Assembly: GCA_041389145.1 (NCBI GenBank)
Contig: JAWKSK010000001.1
Location: 91,668 to 155,667 of the forward strand
DNA: 64,000 nt
Origin: Patescibacteria group bacterium
GTDB taxonomy: Bacteria > Patescibacteriota > Kazan-3B-28
Direction of reading: 5' to 3'
A model generated the notes under the pieces. That model saw only the letters and a program-made list of their open reading frames with translations, made no database searches and was not told where the DNA came from. Of the stretch, positions 9,201 to 17,988 are shown in pieces; positions within the stretch are counted from its first letter, which is position 1, and each line of letters starts with the position of its first letter. Made by a program: the position numbers and the translations under genes.

Positions 9201-9938
9201 ATCAAATGAGGTTGCAGTTGACGGTGTACCACTTGATAAATCAAAGGCAGCAATACGATTACGAGTTGTTCCACTATTAACATCGGTAAACTGGCCTCCT
9301 GCGTACAAAATACTTCCATCTGCTGCTAGTGCCCGAACTGTACCATTCATATTTGGATCAAATGAGGTAGCCAGCCCAGTTGCTGTACTAACAGCTGCAA
9401 GATTGGTTCTACTGGCTCCGCCGATAGTTGTAAACACACCTCCTACATAAAGAGTGGTACCAGTTAAATATAATGCATAGACCTGTGGAGCTAGACTGGT
9501 GATTCCAGCATTCCAGGTAGTATCAAGTGATCCGTCAGAATTAATATGAGCCAGTGCTGCGTAATCAGTGTCACCGTCTACTTCATCAAATGTACCTCCG
9601 ACATACCAACCACCAGATCCATCGTTGATTGCGATAAATACTGATGTAGTGTTAAATTTTGCAGTTGATGAGAGAACTTCGCTAGTTGAAGCTGAAACAG
9701 TTGCCCCAAAACCTGTGTTGTAACCAAGTTTAGTAAATTCACCGACAATATATGCAGTGGATTCATCAGAGCTAATTGCGATATCACGGATGTTATCGTT
9801 TGCAATCCACCATGATGTGTTTGCTAAATCTGCTGGCACCTGTGCAGCCTGAATGGGTTGGATGGAGTTGGTGAATACGGTACCAATTATCAGTGAGGTG
9901 ATAATTAGAAATGATAATTGTTTTTGGAACTTGAACAT
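6246..9938 (-). CDS. Giant secreted protein with ~13-14 delta-60/DUF5122-type beta-propeller blades, a Gly/Ser/Thr/Glu linker and an uncharacterised C-terminal region
   Basis: 1230 aa. Signal peptide: LSFLIITSLIIGTVFTNSIQPIQA. The blade motif (L/V)Y(V/I/A)GGxFTxxxGxxRxxxAAxD recurs, e.g. LYVGGVFTTIGGASRTNLAAV, LYAGGSFTTVNGATTRNRLAGFD, LYIGGSFSSVNGSSRGDGAAL. The linker reads GGNSGSGGTSGGGGGSGGGGESSGGGESTGETGTGETGTGDTGAG. Confidence 0.75.
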   Translation of the reverse strand: MFKFQKQLSFLIITSLIIGTVFTNSIQPIQAAQVPADLANTSWWIANDNIRDIAISSDESTAYIVGEFTKLGYNTGFGATVSASTSEVLSSTAKFNTTSVFIAINDGSGGWYVGGTFDEVDGDTDYAALAHINSDGSLDTTWNAGITSLAPQVYALYLTGTTLYVGGVFTTIGGASRTNLAAVSTATGLATSFDPNMNGTVRALAADGSILYAGGQFTDVNSGTTRNRIAAFDLSSGTPSTATSFDPDVANNAVYTLAVHSNNLYAGGSFTTVNGATTRNRLAGFDSGGTVLADFNPNATSGQVNSIDLDGDILYVGGTFISIGGSSRSRIAAFDLGDADPDAATTFNPNMSSTVERVMVNSSTIYIGGAFTTGSGVSRSKIMAVDANGDETSFAPETDNTVYAIAANGTNVFIGGTFLMTNAITRNRIAAIDLSTGEPTNFAPSGLTTGIVYSVALSSDDSTLYIGGSFSSVNGSSRGDGAALATSDGTLQSWNPATNGIVYDIKLNSDDSIVYIGGTFTTVNSGGSTRNRAASYTTSDDTITSWDPNLDGNVRDILISGSTVYLGGEFANSGATARTNVAAYDLSGGTPSTPTSLSATIAGGDVYSLGLRSGILYLGGDFTTIGGTSRTSAGSIAIADSSLDSWNPQLTNTIYDIYIDDNVLYVSGNNGVGPDLFSGFDLTGADPNTADVDFDPDPSGDGGVGYALRTFNEGEAVIGGSFTILAGGGAYSSNRHGYFAKFASGNSSPNAPTNLGPPEVVNYGQTEEVNPLMQFTLSDDDTGDTLKYQIQIDDTVLFQSPVIDYTSALGSQGQRSFRVGQAAGSGTYTVGAEGDEFELDDGFQWRVRGIDDSGLAGEWTNANTKYGLAFVVIGGNSGSGGTSGGGGGSGGGGESSGGGESTGETGTGETGTGDTGAGNDEDAKGGFDENSWAVVINNGAKLTNSADVSLKFVYNPDEAFSMLVYNDNIAPRFPILEPVQQTKSWKLCGPDAPGAIPCKDGARYDVKVLFYDIKNVAIRRVLMDSIVYNSKVSDNAKLDDDTLDKILKGLQSVLGDSVESTFESFSTPFYYEWQKQNGTVEGDAHVIRANAGDSITLNLELINRATDPKSLVLYGAKDLIEELAPFRGGHQLRVGSGNPRDVIYDWLGSASFVHNPDGESNRFDIYNGDPVAPGEVFNLDWSLQLKSDIQPGTYLYYVELVKEFDAWAQQVDKQGKVLPTSDIFWKIIVE

Positions 9939-9984
9939 CAGTAGATTGTTTATTTATTGAATAGTATATTTACGAATTTGTGGC

Positions 9985-11058
9985 TTAGGATTTGTTATCA
10001 ACTACGCTTGCACTTTGACCAGAGCTTCCACTGGGAGCCTGAATTATGAGTGGTGTGCCGTAGAACTTTGTGAAATTGTTACCGGCAAAGTTACCGTGGT
10101 TTCCATACATGTACATAACTCCAACGTTTGCCTTAGACTCTTCGGTTGGAACCTTGTTACCAGGGTAAGTATCGGTATCGATAGTAAATTTGTTGAAAGA
10201 AATATCGATTAGGTTGCCCCACGCTTGAATACCAATATACGGTGTGTACGATGGGGTAAATTGGAGATTTGGTTCTTGGTCGAGGAACTGGTAGTAGAAA
10301 TTGTTGCTATAGATTTGAGTATTTTGGGAACTGTGATTATTAACGTTTAATGCAACGTTAGGGATGCTATTGTAGCGGTATTTTTTGAAGTAAAAATCAT
10401 TGTCACCGATTTTCATAATTCCATTTTGGAATGCCTCAATGCTCAACATGGTTCCGACTGAAGCGCTTGAGATCTCTTTCCGGAATTTATTATTGGTAAT
10501 TTTTAATTCCCCACCGGTTTGGACATCAAAGTCTGGGTAATTTGTTAGATTAAAATCGATATTGGATATAGCCAAGCCACCATTTTCTACCTTAAATCCA
10601 AAGATTCCTGGGAATACAGGTAACGAAACGGTGGTTAATTGAGGTGTGAATGCCACCTCCCCACGAGGAGTTACGGAAACCTGCATACCTGTAAGTTGAA
10701 TATTGGCTTCAGTTGCGGTCAAAGGACCTTCTAACCATGGGAAACCAGTAGTATCAACTGCCGTAACCTCATATGAATCATCTAATATTCCAATAGTAAC
10801 GTTGTCGGCTGGAATTGATTTTGCCGCCTCAAAGGCAGCTCTAATTGATCTATATGGTGATTGGTACGAACCAGGATTCTCATCACTGCCTTTATTACTA
10901 ATAAAAACATAGTTACTATCTAGCCCTCTTGTCCCAGCTTCTGAGGTACCGATTTCATAAAAGTATTTGCCAATAAAAAAGACCACGACAGCCACTGCGA
11001 TGAAGGCTGCGATTCTTTCGAATCCAATACTATTTTTTAGTGATGATTTTTTTGCCAC
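9985..11058 (-). CDS. N-terminally membrane-anchored protein, DUF1565 / right-handed beta-helix-like
   Basis: 357 aa with TM helix IAAFIAVAVVVFFIG. NYVFISNKGSDENPGSYQSPYRSIRAAFEAAKSIPADNVTIGILDDSYEV matches the usual N-terminal pattern of DUF1565/pectin-lyase-fold proteins. The following segments are Asn-rich and repetitive. Confidence 0.45.
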   Translation of the reverse strand: MAKKSSLKNSIGFERIAAFIAVAVVVFFIGKYFYEIGTSEAGTRGLDSNYVFISNKGSDENPGSYQSPYRSIRAAFEAAKSIPADNVTIGILDDSYEVTAVDTTGFPWLEGPLTATEANIQLTGMQVSVTPRGEVAFTPQLTTVSLPVFPGIFGFKVENGGLAISNIDFNLTNYPDFDVQTGGELKITNNKFRKEISSASVGTMLSIEAFQNGIMKIGDNDFYFKKYRYNSIPNVALNVNNHSSQNTQIYSNNFYYQFLDQEPNLQFTPSYTPYIGIQAWGNLIDISFNKFTIDTDTYPGNKVPTEESKANVGVMYMYGNHGNFAGNNFTKFYGTPLIIQAPSGSSGQSASVVDNKS

Positions 11059-11095
11059 TTTGGTTATTAATTACAAATTAATATTAACAGAAAGA

Positions 11096-11950
11096 TTACC
11101 TTTTTGCTCGCTTTAAAACCTCCACCTGGTGAGGATATGGAATTTCAATTTTAGCCTTATCAAATGCAGTTTTTAGAAGCTCTCTATAAGCCCTTGCCAT
11201 TGCCCATTGCTGACCGGCTTCTACTTTACCTAAGATTTTTATGATGATTGCCGAATCCCCAAATTCTTCCACTCCCTCCATCTTCGGGGCTTCTAGAACG
11301 TCTTCAGAGTGCATTACAAACAACTTTTCCCCTGTTTCATTAATTACCTTTCTAACTTTGTCGAGATTACTCTCATAGCCAACCCCAACGTTCCAGTTAA
11401 TCCTTGCCCATTGCTTAGTATGATTGCTAGCAGTGGTAACTTCCCCATTAGGGATATGATGTTGTGTCCCATTTAAATCTCTGATTACAGTTCTTCTAAG
11501 ATCAAATGCCTCAACGGTACCAGAAAGTCCATTGATAGAGATAATATCCCCTTCTGCAAACTGATCTTCCACTAGAATAAACAAGCCGTGGAAGATGTTT
11601 TTAACCATATCCTGTGCACCAAAACCAATGGCAATACCTAAGATTCCAGCACCAGTTAGGAATGGGGTCACATTGATACCAATTTCTGCCAGGATAGTTA
11701 AGGTGGTAAAAATAAAGATAACTATCCCTAGTGTCTGACTTATGACCTGATTCATGGTTTCAATTCGCTTACTTCTACCAGATCTGGTTCTACCGGTAAC
11801 CTTGGTAACCATCCATTTACGCAAAATCCCCCCGAGAATTGCAGAGAGAATGTATTGTGATGCAATGGCAATAATGATAATCAGTCCAAGTTTTGGACCG
11901 TTAACAAACAACCATTGAATTGCTAGTTCTTGTAATTGGTTTATAGTCAC
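11096..11950 (-). CDS. mscS: Small-conductance mechanosensitive channel (MscS family)
   Basis: 284 aa with 3 TM helices followed by GAQDMVKNIFHGLFILVEDQFAEGDIISINGLSGTVEAFDLRRTVIRDLNGTQHHIPNGEV, a typical MscS core. Confidence 0.85.
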   Translation of the reverse strand: MTINQLQELAIQWLFVNGPKLGLIIIIAIASQYILSAILGGILRKWMVTKVTGRTRSGRSKRIETMNQVISQTLGIVIFIFTTLTILAEIGINVTPFLTGAGILGIAIGFGAQDMVKNIFHGLFILVEDQFAEGDIISINGLSGTVEAFDLRRTVIRDLNGTQHHIPNGEVTTASNHTKQWARINWNVGVGYESNLDKVRKVINETGEKLFVMHSEDVLEAPKMEGVEEFGDSAIIIKILGKVEAGQQWAMARAYRELLKTAFDKAKIEIPYPHQVEVLKRAKR

Positions 11951-11978
11951 TTATTTAAGATTACCACACTATCTTTTT

Positions 11979-12350
11979 TCAGTTTACCCGTTGTTTGTTG
12001 GTCCAGTATATTTCAGACCCAAATGCAATTACGGTTGGAATTGTTATTAGCCAGAAGATAATTGTGTCTGAAAGGATAATGCCAAGCTTACCCGAGTAAT
12101 ACATTACGAATCCCGATGTATAGATGTTTAGTCCGGCTTGGGAACGGAAATAATTTTCCAGGATAGTAATGACACAAGTGCCAAGAAAGACATAAGAAAG
12201 AATTTTGCCCCAAATCCAAATCCAGAAATACCACCTTGCAACTGGATATTTGTGAAGCCTACCAATCAGAGATAGAGATAATGATACTAAAAATGAAGCG
12301 ATAAGCACCAGATGAACGACTACTACAAGGTTAGCTAGCAGTTGGTACAT
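11979..12350 (-). CDS. DUF2784-like small membrane protein
   Basis: 123 aa with 4 predicted TM helices. It shows the LANLVVVVHLVLI...TCVITILENYFRSQAG...SGFV pattern typical of DUF2784. Confidence 0.5.
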   Translation of the reverse strand: MYQLLANLVVVVHLVLIASFLVSLSLSLIGRLHKYPVARWYFWIWIWGKILSYVFLGTCVITILENYFRSQAGLNIYTSGFVMYYSGKLGIILSDTIIFWLITIPTVIAFGSEIYWTNKQRVN

Positions 12351-13559
12351 CTTTGAGTAGTCTGGTTAGGGCTACCATTTGAGCTAGTTCTCGCATACTG
12401 GCATGTGGGTGGACTAGCTTGAGGTTGGCTACATCTGCAATTGCAGATTGCATGGTGGTTGTGAGCTTGGATAAGACTTCAGATTCGGTCCAATGTTCGC
12501 CTTTAAGTTCTGCTCCCATTCAAAAGAACTAACAGCAACTCCCCCGGCATTAGCTAGAATATCTGGAATCACCTCTACCCTACCTTTTAGAATCTTGTCT
12601 GCTTGGGCAGTGGTTGGACCATTGGCAAGTTCAAGAATAATTTTGGCTTGTACATGGTTAGCATTCTCTTCATTAATAACCCCTTCTAAGGCAGATGGAA
12701 CGAGAATATCAAATGGTAGTAGTAATAGCTCCGAGTTGGAGATTGGCTGTGCATCAAAGCCTACAAGATTGCCTTGGGATTGTTTATGGTTGAAAACAGA
12801 TTGTGGATCCAAACCGTCTGGGTTGTATATTCCCGAAGAAGAATCAGATACTGCTACTAATTTATACCTGGGATCGTTTGCAAGCAGCTGAACAAATCCA
12901 CCACCAACATTGCCCATCCCTTGAACAGCAACTGTTAGTGGGGTTTGAAGGTTTTGTGATTCTATCCATGAATCCAATACCACCTTACCACCATATGAGG
13001 TGGCAATATTACGCCCTTCTGATCCACCATTTTCTATCGGTTTACCGGTAAAGGTCGCTTTAGTGGTGTCACCAGTAAGGTTTGCATATTCATCGACCAT
13101 CCAGCTCATGATTTCTGGAGTGGTTCCAACATCGGGTGCAGGAACATCTTTGTGAGGACCCAGAATGTTTACCATTTTACGAACAAATTCTCGAGAAATA
13201 TATTCTAGTTCTGATTTGGAAAGTGATTTTGGGTCAACAATAAGACCTCCCTTTCCCCCACCCATAGGGATGTTTACTAATGCATTTTTAAGACTCATCC
13301 AGATAGATAAAGCTATTACTTCATCTTTGTGAACATCTTGGTGAAAACGAATACCTCCTTTGTATGGACCAAGGGTGTTGCGGTGTTCTGAACGGTATGC
13401 GGTAGTTGTAAAAGCTTCACCATTATCTTTGGTAATTGTAAGTTGATGTTCTTCGACATTATCTGGAATCAAAAAACGTTCGAGTTCAGATTCTGGATAG
13501 CCTAATTGTTTAAAGGCAGAACTTAACTGGATACGAACCGAATCAAGTGGATTATTCAT
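12331..13559 (-). CDS. gdhA: Glutamate dehydrogenase (Glu/Leu/Phe/Val dehydrogenase family), interrupted by a 1-nt frameshift near 12500-12504
   Basis: ORF 12429..13559 has GPYKGGIRFH, the catalytic-Lys region IPMGGGKGG and the Rossmann motif AVQGMGNVGG. After ...SSFEWEQNLK the conserved C-terminus (GEHWTESEVLSKLTTTMQSAIADV...) continues in another frame as ORF 12331..12519. Confidence 0.85.
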
Positions 13560-14100
13560 TTTCGAATTTAACTGTGTTTAGGATATCTGTAATAGATGCT
13601 GGGTAGTTTGGCTGAAGCATTAGGTAAACATAGTCAGAAGACTTGTTTGGGTTTTGAATAGATACAATTGGCTGAGTAGTAGTCTGGTTTGGTACCTGAC
13701 TATCTCTTCTTAGGTAGTAGGTTGAGCTATTACTTAACTTAATTACAATCTGAAACCTCCCTGATCCAAGGGTATCGGTACTAAGGGATTCAAGATATAC
13801 CTTGGTTCCATCATCCAGCTTAAGGTTAAGTGGATATTGGAATGAAATATTGAGGGCATTAGAGACAAAATCCTCCCAACCAGCGTAGGTGGTAGGTTGA
13901 TTACCACCAAGTTCTAGACTGGTTGGTGGATTAGATATCGTATCCTCTTCCTCTACTACAGGGGTTTGTGTAGTTGGAGTGTTTTGAGATTGGGTATTAG
14001 CTGGTAAGTCTGCTTGTTTGAGAGATTGTGTCTGCAGAAAGAAGGTATATCCAAAAAACCCTAATAGGATAACTCCAATAATCCAGAAGAGAAATTTCAT
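13552..14100 (-). CDS. Hypothetical N-terminally anchored/secreted protein
   Basis: 182 aa with TM/signal FLFWIIGVILLGFFGYTFF and a Thr/Gln/Pro-rich linker. No recognisable domain. Confidence 0.5.
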   Translation of the reverse strand: MKFLFWIIGVILLGFFGYTFFLQTQSLKQADLPANTQSQNTPTTQTPVVEEEDTISNPPTSLELGGNQPTTYAGWEDFVSNALNISFQYPLNLKLDDGTKVYLESLSTDTLGSGRFQIVIKLSNSSTYYLRRDSQVPNQTTTQPIVSIQNPNKSSDYVYLMLQPNYPASITDILNTVKFENE

Positions 14101-14143
14101 GAAATTTGGTTTAGTGTTATGAGTGGTTTCAGAATACCACTTT

Positions 14144-14169
14144 CAACGGCTCAGAAAAATGAGCCGTTG
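14144..14169 (-). terminator. Hairpin just downstream of the cupin gene
   Basis: 9-bp stem caacggctc/gagccgttg. The flanking T-run is weak. Confidence 0.4.
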
Positions 14170-14187
14170 ATTCTAGATGTAATTTAA

Positions 14188-14583
14188 TTACTCGGTAGTT
14201 GTACCGTCGAAATGTTCATCATCCGCCATGGCATCTGCCTTGGTGGCATGAATAGTACCTTCCCGGTGTTCTGCTGGTGAATAGATAGTGTAGAGCTTAA
14301 GGTCTTCTGTGCCAGTGTTAATCACATTGTGATTGGCTCCGGCAGGAACAATACCAGCATCATCAGCTTTAACTTCATAGGTATTGTCATCAATGACTAG
14401 CTGACCTGTACCGGATTCAAAACGAAAGAACTGATCACCATCACTATGAACTTCAGCACCAATTTCTTCACCAGGCTTTAGGGTCATTGCTACTAACTGA
14501 CTGAATTTCCCAGTGTATAGAACTTTACGAAAATTATTATTCTCGATGGTGGCTGATTCAATGTTGTCGAAATATCCTTTCAT
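14188..14583 (-). CDS. Cupin-domain protein
   Basis: 131 aa. GEEIGAEVHSDGDQFFRFESGTGQLVIDDNTYEVKADDAGIVPAGANHNVINTG shows the cupin motifs G(x)5HxH-like and PxGxxHxxxN. Confidence 0.75.
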   Translation of the reverse strand: MKGYFDNIESATIENNNFRKVLYTGKFSQLVAMTLKPGEEIGAEVHSDGDQFFRFESGTGQLVIDDNTYEVKADDAGIVPAGANHNVINTGTEDLKLYTIYSPAEHREGTIHATKADAMADDEHFDGTTTE

Positions 14584-14643
14584 TACTAATTCCTTCGTCT
14601 AAAAGCTATAACAACTATATTTTATCATTGATAGTAAAATGCC

Positions 14644-15225
14644 TTAACCCCGAAGGGCTAAGGCGAAGATTTTAGTCCAGTTATCCCCCGGACTTGAACG
14701 CATCAATATATCTAAGTACTCGGGTGTGAAGGACTGATACCAAAACTCACCATACTGAATCAGATCTTCCCGAATTTCGACTGCTTGTTCCCTGTTCGGA
14801 GCAAATCCGACTGAGATATGAGGCAGTGGTAGTCCGGTGACTGAGTTGGGAGATGCTTCAAATCCAAGCTCAACCAGATTGCTATACAGATGTGTGTACA
14901 GATTGGATAACCAGTCCTCTCGTTTCACTTGCGCAACAATTGCATAGCGTTTGTGATCTGGAGGGTTGCAGTTGCGTGGGACTTCCAGAATTTGAAGTCC
15001 GCTAAGCTTAACCATGAGCGATGTAGTGGGCTGCTTGCACATATCCAACGCCTGGGTTAACGATGAGAGATTTACTATGTCCCAAGGTATTTTCCCAGGT
15101 GTAATTACGGTTAGATGCAATCTTGAATTTGGTTGTGGAAGGCCGCATTCCGTAAGCGCACGAATGATTAGATTAGTGATTTGAGGATCTACCCTAATCG
15201 ATGCATAAAGGTGCTTTAACTCCAT
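14644..15225 (-). CDS. 2H phosphoesterase superfamily protein (LigT/2',5'-RNA-ligase-like)
   Basis: 193 aa with two HxT/S motifs at the expected spacing: RLHLTVITPG and LPHISVGFAP. The gene looks GC-richer than its neighbours by eye. Confidence 0.5.
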   Translation of the reverse strand: MELKHLYASIRVDPQITNLIIRALTECGLPQPNSRLHLTVITPGKIPWDIVNLSSLTQALDMCKQPTTSLMVKLSGLQILEVPRNCNPPDHKRYAIVAQVKREDWLSNLYTHLYSNLVELGFEASPNSVTGLPLPHISVGFAPNREQAVEIREDLIQYGEFWYQSFTPEYLDILMRSSPGDNWTKIFALALRG

Positions 15226-15355
15226 TAATACCTCCTTTTAATGGACACTCTATTCTAGTGCAGAAGCACCTCCTATGAACAGTATGGTTTTCATACATGA
15301 AGCAAAAACAAAGCCAACACAGCCTTAATCCCATACCTTAAACTATAATCAGGAC

Positions 15356-16795
15356 TTAGACGTGTCCTTCGTCCATTATTGCTTCCTCGATAATATCAAC
15401 CTGCGCTTCTGTATCATGATCTATGATCTTAACTTTTTTCCATTTGCCAAGCCCAAACCAGATGCTTGCGACTATAGCAGAACCAACATTTGCAATTGCA
15501 AAAGACCACCAAATACCATCCTCAGCAAAGCCTAAGTATCTTGTCAAAATGAAGATTAACAAAAGCTTAAAGACAAACAGGTCAATAAGTCCGATGACCA
15601 GGGAGGAGGACATATCCCCTGCCCCACGAAGAGCACCTAATACCACCATCTGAACACCGATGAAACCTAATGTGAAGGCAATGATCCTAATAAAGTGAGC
15701 GGATGCACTAATAGTTTGTATGTTATTGGGAACAAACAGTGCAGCGATTGGTGCAGCAAGATAATATACAGCAAGACCTAGAATAGTGAGCACACTAAAG
15801 GTTGCAGCTACACCATATTTTGCAGTTTGTTCAGCATGGTTGTGTCGTTGGGCTCCAATATTTTGACCAACCAGGGTCGATACTGCATCAGCTAATCCAT
15901 TAGCAGGGATGATAAAGAAGCTCATGAGTCGACCACCAATACCATAGGCTGCAAGAGCTTGGGTTCCGAATCCAGAAACTAGAAATGTAATTGCTGTGAA
16001 ACCTAAGGCTTGGGTACCCTGCTGAATTGAAGCTGGTAATCCTAACTTCACCATACGCATGATGAGGGGTGGGTTAAGTCTAAAATCTTGCCAGGTAAGA
16101 CGGATGTCATATTTTCCTGTTAATAAGAAGCCAATACTAATAACAAAGGCTAATGTCTGTGTTGCAATGGTTGCGGCAGCGGCACCCGCTACACCCATTG
16201 GAGGAATAGGTCCCCAACCAAAAATAAAGAGTGGATCAAAGATAAGGTTAAGGAGAACTGTACCAGCAACAATATACATTGGGATTTTTACCTCACCCAC
16301 GCCCCTCATAAGGGCCTGTGTAGCAAAGAATCCGAAGAATGAGACAAGTCCGATAAAGGTAATTTGGAGATAGTTAATCGCACCACCAAATACTTCAGGG
16401 GCTGGATTCATTAGACTAATTGCTGGCCCAGTTAGGAAATAGCCGATTATTGAAAGAACTGCAGAAATAATGGCAGTCATAATGATTGCTTGTCCGGCAA
16501 CCGCGTTGAGTTGAGAGTAGTTTTTACTACCTTTGTATTGAGCAACGAGAATGGTTCCAGCGATTGCCAAACCACCACCTAATGCAATCATTAAAAAGAT
16601 AAATGGAAAGCTTAAGGATACAGCAGCAACTGCCTCTGGCCCCAGTCTTCCAACCCAAAAAGTATCAATGATTTGATACGCAGTTTGAAGTAAGTTAGCA
16701 AAGATAATAGGGACAGAGAGCGTAACTAATGCTTTGCCAATTGGGAGGTCAAGTAACTTAGTTTTTGTTTTCATAACAGAGTTCAATATTATCAC
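15356..16795 (-). CDS. MATE family efflux transporter
   Basis: 479 aa with 12 TM segments. The N-terminus (PIGKALVTLSVPIIFANLLQTAYQIIDTFWVGRLGPEAVAAVS) is typical of NorM/DinF-type MATE proteins. Confidence 0.85.
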   Translation of the reverse strand: MIILNSVMKTKTKLLDLPIGKALVTLSVPIIFANLLQTAYQIIDTFWVGRLGPEAVAAVSLSFPFIFLMIALGGGLAIAGTILVAQYKGSKNYSQLNAVAGQAIIMTAIISAVLSIIGYFLTGPAISLMNPAPEVFGGAINYLQITFIGLVSFFGFFATQALMRGVGEVKIPMYIVAGTVLLNLIFDPLFIFGWGPIPPMGVAGAAAATIATQTLAFVISIGFLLTGKYDIRLTWQDFRLNPPLIMRMVKLGLPASIQQGTQALGFTAITFLVSGFGTQALAAYGIGGRLMSFFIIPANGLADAVSTLVGQNIGAQRHNHAEQTAKYGVAATFSVLTILGLAVYYLAAPIAALFVPNNIQTISASAHFIRIIAFTLGFIGVQMVVLGALRGAGDMSSSLVIGLIDLFVFKLLLIFILTRYLGFAEDGIWWSFAIANVGSAIVASIWFGLGKWKKVKIIDHDTEAQVDIIEEAIMDEGHV

Positions 16796-16811
16796 AAGGA
16801 AATATACCTGG

Positions 16812-16844
16812 ATATAAAAAGAAGCTTACTTGGTAGTAGCTTCT
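16812..16844 (-). terminator. Rho-independent terminator after the Cys-rich ORF
   Basis: Stem agaagct/agcttct (16820-16826 / 16838-16844), followed on the minus strand by tttttatat. Confidence 0.5.
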
Positions 16845-16912
16845 TTAATAAAGAATGTTCGAATGAGTAGTCGCATATTCACCTCCTAGTTGGTGTGTGC
16901 TATTAAGGCTAA

Positions 16913-17167
16913 TTACAGCTCGTAATAGTGATCGAACGTGCTGTCCTGGCCGCAACCATAACAGTTGGCCTTCACGGTTATCCCTGTGAAGGTGACTTGA
17001 AGCTGAGGGATATAGTGATATCTCCTCGACTCAGTCAGTATGGTGAAAAAATTGCATCCACAATTTTCGCACCCAGCAGTAGCAATGTCATAGTACTGCT
17101 CATCGCACATTAGATCGGGATCGATCATGGAGGATCCATATGATCCATCTAGTCTTGGTAGGAACAA
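16913..17167 (-). CDS. Small Cys-rich hypothetical protein (possible zinc ribbon)
   Basis: 84 aa with a TTG start preceded by aaggagaa. Cys pairs are CENCGC and CYGCG. No family recognised. Confidence 0.4.
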   Translation of the reverse strand: MFLPRLDGSYGSSMIDPDLMCDEQYYDIATAGCENCGCNFFTILTESRRYHYIPQLQVTFTGITVKANCYGCGQDSTFDHYYEL

Positions 17168-17226
17168 ATTATTCTCCTTACAATGAGGATGGCTTTATAT
17201 TAATCTTTAATAGCTCTTTTGTCAAT

Positions 17227-17247
17227 ATAAAACCGCTCTGAGAGCGG
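17227..17247 (-). terminator. Rho-independent terminator
   Basis: Stem ccgctc/gagcgg (17233-17238 / 17242-17247), followed on the minus strand by ttttatatt. Confidence 0.5.
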
Positions 17248-17260
17248 ATTTATTATATTT

Positions 17261-17288
17261 GGCAGGCGGTAGTGAGAGAAGTTCGGAC
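17261..17288 (-). repeat. 28-nt tRNA-3'-half-like element, copy A
   Basis: Minus strand reads gtccgaacttctctcactaccgcctgcc and starts 5 nt after the stop of the Nudix pseudogene. Related copies lie at 17830-17856 and 18341-18367, with a weaker one at 17963-17980. Confidence 0.6.
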
Positions 17289-17293
17289 TGTTA

Positions 17294-17780
17294 TTACAAC
17301 TGTTTTAAGAGCTCGTAAGTTGTCATTAAATTATATAGTTTACCTTGGTTATTATCGTTATCCATAGGTTTTACTTTGTCCTTTTTATTGAATTTGATAC
17401 GTATTTCTAGAGCTTCATCAACTGGTAGCCATGTTTGAGTGAATTGAGCCTCGCCTTCATCTTTGGGAGAGTGTTGCTTAACCTCCTGTAGATGCAAGTG
17501 TCGCGGCATAGCCATTAACAACATATCGTTTCTGTTTAAGAAATTTCGATATTGATTACGGCACCAATCTCTTTACATTTTTCACTGTAACTCCAGTCTT
17601 TCTAAGTTCACGGGTAATGGCGTCTTTATCTGATTCTTTACTATCCAAACCGCCCCCAGGAAGTAAACCATCATTGAGGAGTAATACAGCATTGTCTTTT
17701 TTGATAACAACTTTAACAGTTCGACGATCTATACTGAATTGAGCTTCATCAAACTTACCAATATTACTGATAACATTCAT
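17294..17780 (-). pseudogene. Nudix hydrolase paralogue split over three reading frames
   Basis: ORF 17556..17780 has a degenerate Nudix box (LPGGGLDSKESDKDAITRELRKTG). ORF 17294..17524 carries the C-terminal part (...DEGEAQFTQTWLPVDEALE). The frames switch around 17525-17560. Confidence 0.6.
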
Positions 17781-17829
17781 AATTTCAGTATGTTATAAAA
17801 ATACTCGCTCCTGTGGCGTTTATAACGAG

Positions 17830-17856
17830 GAAGGCGGTTGTGGGAGAAGTTCGGAC
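17830..17856 (-). repeat. 28-nt tRNA-3'-half-like element, copy B
   Basis: Minus strand reads gtccgaacttctcccacaaccgccttc. It is followed by a partial copy of the tRNA-Trp terminator (17803-17818). Confidence 0.55.
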
Positions 17857-17988
17857 TACTTGTTTAAATCTTCATTCTGATCTAACAGCCTAATTTTGGA
17901 ATTCGCCAGAATTTCCTTGATGAATTCTTCTGGTGTCATCCACTGTGGGTGATGATCTTTTTCTGAGAAAGTTCGGGATTAAAAGAAT

